From: Andalucia godoyi And28 | Taxonomy: Eukaryota > Protista > Jakobida | DNA: 64,000 nucleotides | NCBI GenBank assembly: GCA_009859145.1 | Contig: VRVR01000048.1 | Span: forward strand, 1-64,000 | Direction: 5' to 3' | In this document: positions 58,284-64,000 of the stretch, in pieces | Layout of the letters: each line of letters begins with the position of its first letter | Numbering within the stretch: position 1 is the stretch's first letter | Position numbers and translations under genes: made by a program | Notes under the pieces: model-generated | Told to the model about the DNA's origin: nothing | The model's database searches: none | Seen by the model: only the letters and a program-made list of their open reading frames with translations

Positions 58284-61200
58284 ATGGAAAACTCTGAAAT
58301 TGGGTCCTCGACGATTGCTCTGGGAGAAGAAGAGTCTCTTCAGTATGGGCCGTTAGAAGAGTTCATCTACAACGTCACTCTGGATGCTGGTCGCTTGCGA
58401 TTCCGGCGTCTGATCCAGTATTTTGGCGCATTTATCTGCTGGATGCAACTTTTATCCTTTGCTGCCTCCCCTTATCTTCCGTGGGATGGAAGCGGCGCAA
58501 GTACGTACAACTCCGGCTCGACGATCTCCGAAATCCTCTTTGTCCTCCGAGGAATACGGACCTTCACTCCGGAATCCTATTACGCAGACTACGCCGCAGT
58601 CACTGTGCATTTTTCGCTGGCGTGCATCGCTGTCCTGTTTCTGCTGAGCTTGTGGTTTACTGTGTACCGGCTGAACGCAGGCGGAAACCCGCGACTATCC
58701 GCCGTCTACCGACCGATACTTCAAATTTTCAATACATACCCAGTCCTCTTTGCTCCTGTCTTCGCAGGACTCATGGCCGTGTGGAGATGCGATTTCAGTG
58801 TATCTGGAGCCGACGGAATTCCTCGAATTGGCTTGCCATCGCAGTTGTGCTTTGCCACTCCGAATGTAATCCTCCTTGCTTTTTCGGCATTCGCCGCGAT
58901 TCTGCTGATCCCCACCGTTTTCTTCTTTGCGCTCTTTTCGTACGACACTCGCCCGATTTCTAAAAATGACTTCGCAAGCATTGCAGGAATGCACCCCGCA
59001 TTCTTCACTGCGGCGATTGCGACCCTGTCGATCGTGGAAGTGATTTCTGTACCGCTCACGTACTTTGCCTTGCCAGTCGCATCGATTCTGATGTTCGGTT
59101 TCCAACTCCGCAAGAGCTTGATTCGATTTCCATTTTACTGCCCCCGAACGAACCATCTGTGCCACTCGGCGCTCTCCGTTGTGGTTTGTGTTTCATTCTT
59201 TGGACTGATTGCAGCCGGTGCACAGTCCACCTCCGTGTTTTATGTGATGATCGCCCTTGTTCCGTTCAGCGGTGTCGGTGGTTACTACTGGTCAAAACGG
59301 CAGCTGACGATTATCCGCACGCTTCGGACATCGGCTTTCAAGTTTGAGGCACAAGCAGATGTTTTGGCAACTATGCCCTCGGGAATGTCCTCCGTGTGGG
59401 GAACCGAAGACGAAAATGCAATTCAGCTTCCTATTGCCAACGCGTTCCATGTGGAAGTGTATGCACGAACGACACAGCAGTCCGACTCCTGTGCATCCTC
59501 TGCTTGCGTGTCGCACTCCTCGATCGTGCCAGAAAACACAAATAGCGAGAACGGATCCGCTAGAAGTCGCACTCCGTCATTTGCCAAAAACGTCCCCATG
59601 TATGGACAAGGAGAGCACTCTCAGGCAGTCGAAGTGCTGGACCTCGTATTCAAACTTGGAAAGGACCTGTTTCCCAATTCTGCGTTTGTGGATTGTGCGC
59701 ACGCGCTGTACGTCCTTGCGTTTTCGTCAAACACCAGACAGGCCTTTCGTTTGTCTTCGGATGCCGCGCAGCACACTACGACCCTCGTCGACCGGTACAT
59801 GCTGTACTGCGTTCGGCGGCAGATTTCCGAAATTGAAGATGGTCGAGGAGGAGAAGACAACCTGCGCAGACGTCTTGCGGTTGCAAAAAAGCACCAAACC
59901 CTGTGTCGAGTGGCGCTGAGAAAATTCTGGTCCATGATTCTCAAGGAGAATGTAGACGAAAGCCAGCTGCCAAAGATCATCTCCTTGGTCGCAGAACACG
60001 AGCAGGAAGCGGAGAGACTATTTCGCAGAATCCTCGCCGAGTACGGGAATTCTCCGAGAGTGCTGCGCGCATACGGGGAATTCTTGCTTGAAATTCGCCA
60101 AGAGGAGATTCTGAGCAAGTTGTTCTTCCAAAAAGCCGAGGTCGCGGAGGAAAGCGGCGGAGATGCGACGGCAAACGAATCTGAATTCCAGAAGCGGTTG
60201 CGCCGTGCAGGAGCCATTTCCGAGTGCATTGGCTCTCTCTCCGCTGGGCCCTATGATACGGAAGACGAAGACGACGAAGGGAGAGACTTTGAGCGCAATG
60301 GCACTGTCGATGTGGAGGTCGGGAAGCCTGGCTCAAAGTCTGTCATCGTGGACTCGGGCTTTGACAACTCCGTTGAAGCTGCATCGCCGCAGAATCCCCA
60401 AGGTCGAAAAACCTCCAAGGCTCTGGAGTGTGTGCATTCTGTCCAGCAAGGCTGGTCTTCGAGTTTCGTAGTCGGGGACATCCGCGAGAACGCGGAGCAA
60501 GCCGAGTCACAGAAACGCAGCTCCAGACACCCCAGTTCCCCCGGGTCTTTTGAGTCTCGGAGGGTATCGATGGACAGTCCGGACAATGCAATGGTCGTGC
60601 TGGGGCGGAGCCGTCGTCGCTCTTCGAAAGGTGATGGTGGTGCCAGTGACAGGCACTGCAGTAACCACAACATCAGCAATAATGACGACAACCATTCTGT
60701 CGCCTCTGCGGGTGTCAGGAGCATTAGCGGCAGCAAACGTCAGTACTCAACAGCTGGGTCTTCCGTGGAATCGGACAGCAGCGTAACAGGACGAGCAATG
60801 GAGCGCCATATTCTGATGGGTGAAATTCGAAAGGGGTTTCACAAGCAAGCGCGAACGCTGCAGATTGCTTCCATTCTGATTGTCGTGGTTTTCGTAATCC
60901 TGCTGATTCTCTCGTATACTTTCTTCCAATCGTTCTTGACCACGATTACATCTCACGTGGCGAACTTGGAAGACCGCGGGAGTGCGCGCTCGGAGTCGCA
61001 GACGGCTCTGGTGTACGCAAAGTTGCTGCAACAGTATTCTGCAGCCAACGCAAACGGGAATCCGTCACCTTCGTATGTCGGCTACTTGGAAAAGGTGACA
61101 GGATCTTCTACGCACATGGCAACGTCTGTGACAGGCATCTTTGACTCGTTCTCAGGTAGTTTCTCCTCATCGGAACGTGCCTTCTGGACAAACAACGTAG

Positions 61201-64000
61201 GAAGCCGGAACTCCTTCTTTGTTCCTTTCGCTGCGAACGGAACTCTTTGGTACTCGCCGGCGAGCTTCTCCTTCCTCTCCATGACTGCGACGTACTCCAG
61301 CAATCTCAATTCTTTGGGAAGCATGAGCGCCTCCAGTATCGCCAGCCAGATGCAAGCGTGGTCCACGCGATCTACAAACTATGACTTCCTTGCTGTAATC
61401 AAGAACGGTGTGACATCTGTTTCCAGTGTGTTCAATGAGATGACCGCAAAATACGGTGTCCAAGCGCTTCGAGAGTATCTCTCGTCCAGCTTGCTCTTTC
61501 TGGGTGTGTTCTTTGCATGCGTGGTAGTAGCAATTGTGGCCCTTGGTCTCGCAGTATTCTTGCCGCTGTACCGAAGAGAAGTGAAGAACCACCACGCGGC
61601 GCTGCGGCTGTTTGGAATTGTTCCGAAGCCAGTCTTGAAAAGGATTGCAAAATCATTTAAAAAGGCAAAAACTGACGATGTCGAAAGCGCAGAGAAGGAA
61701 ATCCAGATGGACATGGTGGACTTTTCCGAGCAGTCTTCCTCGTCCGTGCTGGACTCTCAAAGCGACGCATCCGTGGTGTCTGCTCTGTGGTTCCGATTTG
61801 GAGTGGTTGTGCTGTGGTTCATTTGCGCAGCGTCGAGTTTTATCGTAATTGCAGCAGTATCAGAAGGTACCCTGTCCTCTGCGGGTGCCGTCGCAAACCT
61901 GGCGGCGGAAAGAACATCGCTAGTTCGGCAGCTGCACTATCTCTCCGCAGAATGGTTCTCCCCTTCCGTTCCCATGGAGAACTCGACAACGTTCGATCTC
62001 AGTGGAGCATTTCCTTTTGCCAGTGTCGAAGGTCTGCAGAACACCATTGTTGAAAAGCTGCAGAGATTGCGGGCCGTGTACAATGCACTGAGTTATGGAG
62101 ATGCCGCGCTTGACATCCCGTCGTCCGCGTCGTTGAGTAACTATGCAGAGCAGAAGTCCCTTATGAATGATCGTCGATGCTCGGTCGCTTCTGCCACGTT
62201 CACCGATGGCTCTGTTCCCATTGCAGCAATCCAGTGCATGTCGATGGACCAGTTGGTTTTTTCGTTTGCAGATCAGATTCAGCGCTTGATCTCGGCGACG
62301 TCGCCCTCGAGTATCATGCCATCGTCCTCTTCTTCTTCCTCGGCTGCATCGCAGGCGTACATGACGGCAATTGAATACATGAGCTTGAATGATTTGGCCA
62401 CTCTTCTGCGCATCTCGACGGACAGGGTGGCCAAAGAGCGAAACAGTGCCCTGAAGACTTATTCGCTTATTGCAACCGCTTGCTTTGGTGTGATGCTGCC
62501 AGTTGGGATTGTCATTGCAGTCTTGTTGATCGGTCAAGGACTCTCGCGGCTCCAGGAGGACCACATTCACACAAAGAAGCTGCTGCTGCTGCTGCCTTCG
62601 GAGACTATCAACGGAACTCCCGTCATTCTGAACTTCCTGCTGTCAGGAAAGCGCGTCGATGAACTGAAACTGCAAGAGTCCTTGAAAGAGGAACAGGAGA
62701 AGACTAGAGCCATTCTACAAAACACTTCGGATGGTGTGGTGGTTGCAGATGATTCCGGAATGATTGAGATGGTGAACAATGCAATGTCCAAGATCTTCCA
62801 GTACAAACATGAGGATCTGATTGGTGCAAACATCAAAATCATTCTTCCCCAAGACCTGGCAGAGCGCCATGATCAGCTAATCAAGAACTACGTTGAAAAT
62901 CCCAATCGCACGTCGAAGCTCGTTGGCCGGTCCCTCGAGCATCCTGCCGTTCGAATGGACGGTAGTGTTGTGCCGGTGCGAGTTACTCTAACGGAGGCGA
63001 ACATCAACAAGAAGCGTTTGTTTTGTGCTTTCATCCAGGACTTGACAAACATTCAGAAAGAAAAACTTGAAATGCAGTCACAGCTTCTCCGCATCGAGAC
63101 TGTGATGAAAGCGACCACGGAAGGAATCTTCATCACGGACGAAGCAGGGAACATTCAGTCCATCAACGACGCAGCTTCCAGAATGTTTGGTTACTCGAAA
63201 GAAGAAATGTGCGGCCAGAACGTGAAGACGCTGATGCCCGAGCCGCATCGCTCCCAACATGACAGCTATCTCGAAAACTACTTGGCGACCGGAAAATCAA
63301 AGATTATTGCAAATGGGCGAGAAGTGGTAGCAGTCAAAAAGAACGGAGAGCCGATCTCAGTTTTTGTGAACGTGCTGCACGGTAAGTTGGAGCAATCCAG
63401 GTATCTGGCAGACGGTTCATCCGACACGACTTGCGCTGCCGCTGCCGCTGCCTTTTTTGCGGCGTTTGTTCGTGACCTCACCGAGACAAAACGAAAGGAG
63501 GACGATCTCATCCTGAACAATGAGAAGATCCAGGCAGTTATCAAAGCGTCCAGAGACGGGGTCGTTGTCTGCGACGATCGCGGAATCATCGAATCCGTCA
63601 ATCCGTCCTTCTCCGACCTTCTTGGCTATTCTCGTGACGAAGTGCTGGGACAAAACATTCGCATGCTCGTTCCACTTGCGCATCGGATGGCACACGACGA
63701 CTACATCAAGACATACCTCAAGACCGGCCAGTCGAATGTCGTCGGTTCCGGAAAGGACATTGAGGCGGTCACAAAGTCTGGTAAATCCATTCCCGTTTAC
63801 CTCACAGTTCGCGAAGGTCGTGTTCGTGATCGTCGCTTCTTTGCAGCATTTCTGAGGGACACTCAGGAACAAGTGCGAGTGCTTCGAGAAAAAGAAGACA
63901 AACTGGACGTTTTCAAGAGCGTTCTCACCAGTGTCGTCCCTCCCACTGTTGCAGAAAAGCTCATTCAGGATCTGGAATCGTCAGCGTCAGCGTCGGCGTC
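58284..64000 (+). CDS. TmcB-like multi-TM protein with three PAS domains, probable class III adenylate/guanylate cyclase (partial, runs off right edge)
   Basis: Manually traced frame from ATG 58284 (MENSEIG) after TGA 58272. N-terminal TM bundle; TPR-like FWSMIL...YGNSPRVLRAYGEFL; further TMs; 3 PAS domains at about 62700-63865; ends in VLTSVVPPTVAEKL, typical of the helix preceding cyclase domains. The catalytic domain is not in the window. Confidence 0.85.
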   Translation, partial: MENSEIGSSTIALGEEESLQYGPLEEFIYNVTLDAGRLRFRRLIQYFGAFICWMQLLSFAASPYLPWDGSGASTYNSGSTISEILFVLRGIRTFTPESYYADYAAVTVHFSLACIAVLFLLSLWFTVYRLNAGGNPRLSAVYRPILQIFNTYPVLFAPVFAGLMAVWRCDFSVSGADGIPRIGLPSQLCFATPNVILLAFSAFAAILLIPTVFFFALFSYDTRPISKNDFASIAGMHPAFFTAAIATLSIVEVISVPLTYFALPVASILMFGFQLRKSLIRFPFYCPRTNHLCHSALSVVVCVSFFGLIAAGAQSTSVFYVMIALVPFSGVGGYYWSKRQLTIIRTLRTSAFKFEAQADVLATMPSGMSSVWGTEDENAIQLPIANAFHVEVYARTTQQSDSCASSACVSHSSIVPENTNSENGSARSRTPSFAKNVPMYGQGEHSQAVEVLDLVFKLGKDLFPNSAFVDCAHALYVLAFSSNTRQAFRLSSDAAQHTTTLVDRYMLYCVRRQISEIEDGRGGEDNLRRRLAVAKKHQTLCRVALRKFWSMILKENVDESQLPKIISLVAEHEQEAERLFRRILAEYGNSPRVLRAYGEFLLEIRQEEILSKLFFQKAEVAEESGGDATANESEFQKRLRRAGAISECIGSLSAGPYDTEDEDDEGRDFERNGTVDVEVGKPGSKSVIVDSGFDNSVEAASPQNPQGRKTSKALECVHSVQQGWSSSFVVGDIRENAEQAESQKRSSRHPSSPGSFESRRVSMDSPDNAMVVLGRSRRRSSKGDGGASDRHCSNHNISNNDDNHSVASAGVRSISGSKRQYSTAGSSVESDSSVTGRAMERHILMGEIRKGFHKQARTLQIASILIVVVFVILLILSYTFFQSFLTTITSHVANLEDRGSARSESQTALVYAKLLQQYSAANANGNPSPSYVGYLEKVTGSSTHMATSVTGIFDSFSGSFSSSERAFWTNNVGSRNSFFVPFAANGTLWYSPASFSFLSMTATYSSNLNSLGSMSASSIASQMQAWSTRSTNYDFLAVIKNGVTSVSSVFNEMTAKYGVQALREYLSSSLLFLGVFFACVVVAIVALGLAVFLPLYRREVKNHHAALRLFGIVPKPVLKRIAKSFKKAKTDDVESAEKEIQMDMVDFSEQSSSSVLDSQSDASVVSALWFRFGVVVLWFICAASSFIVIAAVSEGTLSSAGAVANLAAERTSLVRQLHYLSAEWFSPSVPMENSTTFDLSGAFPFASVEGLQNTIVEKLQRLRAVYNALSYGDAALDIPSSASLSNYAEQKSLMNDRRCSVASATFTDGSVPIAAIQCMSMDQLVFSFADQIQRLISATSPSSIMPSSSSSSSAASQAYMTAIEYMSLNDLATLLRISTDRVAKERNSALKTYSLIATACFGVMLPVGIVIAVLLIGQGLSRLQEDHIHTKKLLLLLPSETINGTPVILNFLLSGKRVDELKLQESLKEEQEKTRAILQNTSDGVVVADDSGMIEMVNNAMSKIFQYKHEDLIGANIKIILPQDLAERHDQLIKNYVENPNRTSKLVGRSLEHPAVRMDGSVVPVRVTLTEANINKKRLFCAFIQDLTNIQKEKLEMQSQLLRIETVMKATTEGIFITDEAGNIQSINDAASRMFGYSKEEMCGQNVKTLMPEPHRSQHDSYLENYLATGKSKIIANGREVVAVKKNGEPISVFVNVLHGKLEQSRYLADGSSDTTCAAAAAAFFAAFVRDLTETKRKEDDLILNNEKIQAVIKASRDGVVVCDDRGIIESVNPSFSDLLGYSRDEVLGQNIRMLVPLAHRMAHDDYIKTYLKTGQSNVVGSGKDIEAVTKSGKSIPVYLTVREGRVRDRRFFAAFLRDTQEQVRVLREKEDKLDVFKSVLTSVVPPTVAEKLIQDLESSASASA

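Overview
Gene-dense, intron-poor eukaryotic DNA from a compact protist-like genome with aerobic-mitochondrial genes. The lineage cannot be fixed from sequence alone. About 28 genes lie on both strands with short, A/T-tract-rich spacers. Recognisable genes: a phototropin/KIN82-type AGC kinase, DENR, OMS1-like methyltransferase, STAR/KH protein, ORC3, VPS51, TAF2, DHRS12-like SDR, NUP210, CDP-alcohol phosphatidyltransferase, ankyrin protein, MscS-like channel, secreted RCC1-repeat protein, C2orf69-like protein, LYR protein, LRR multi-TM receptor, Elongin C, AcpS and a Rab32/38-type GTPase with one clear intron. A multi-TM, triple-PAS, probable nucleotide cyclase runs off the right edge and is absent from the ORF track. 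Highlights: (1) an apparently intact 2,331-bp IS630/Tc1/mariner transposon at 18706-21036 with TA flanks, 59-bp TIRs, a DD37E triad and a long N-terminal extension; (2) TAF2 fused to three tandem cyclophilin-like (TM1367-type) repeats; (3) three FixL-type heme-PAS domains in the probable membrane cyclase, a candidate O2/gas sensor; (4) a hairpin-dense intergenic segment with U3/box C/D-like motifs; (5) a frameshifted CbbX/SpoVK-type AAA fragment at the left edge. The ORF track also uses non-ATG starts, so starts were re-checked by eye. All family assignments come from motif recognition, not database searches.
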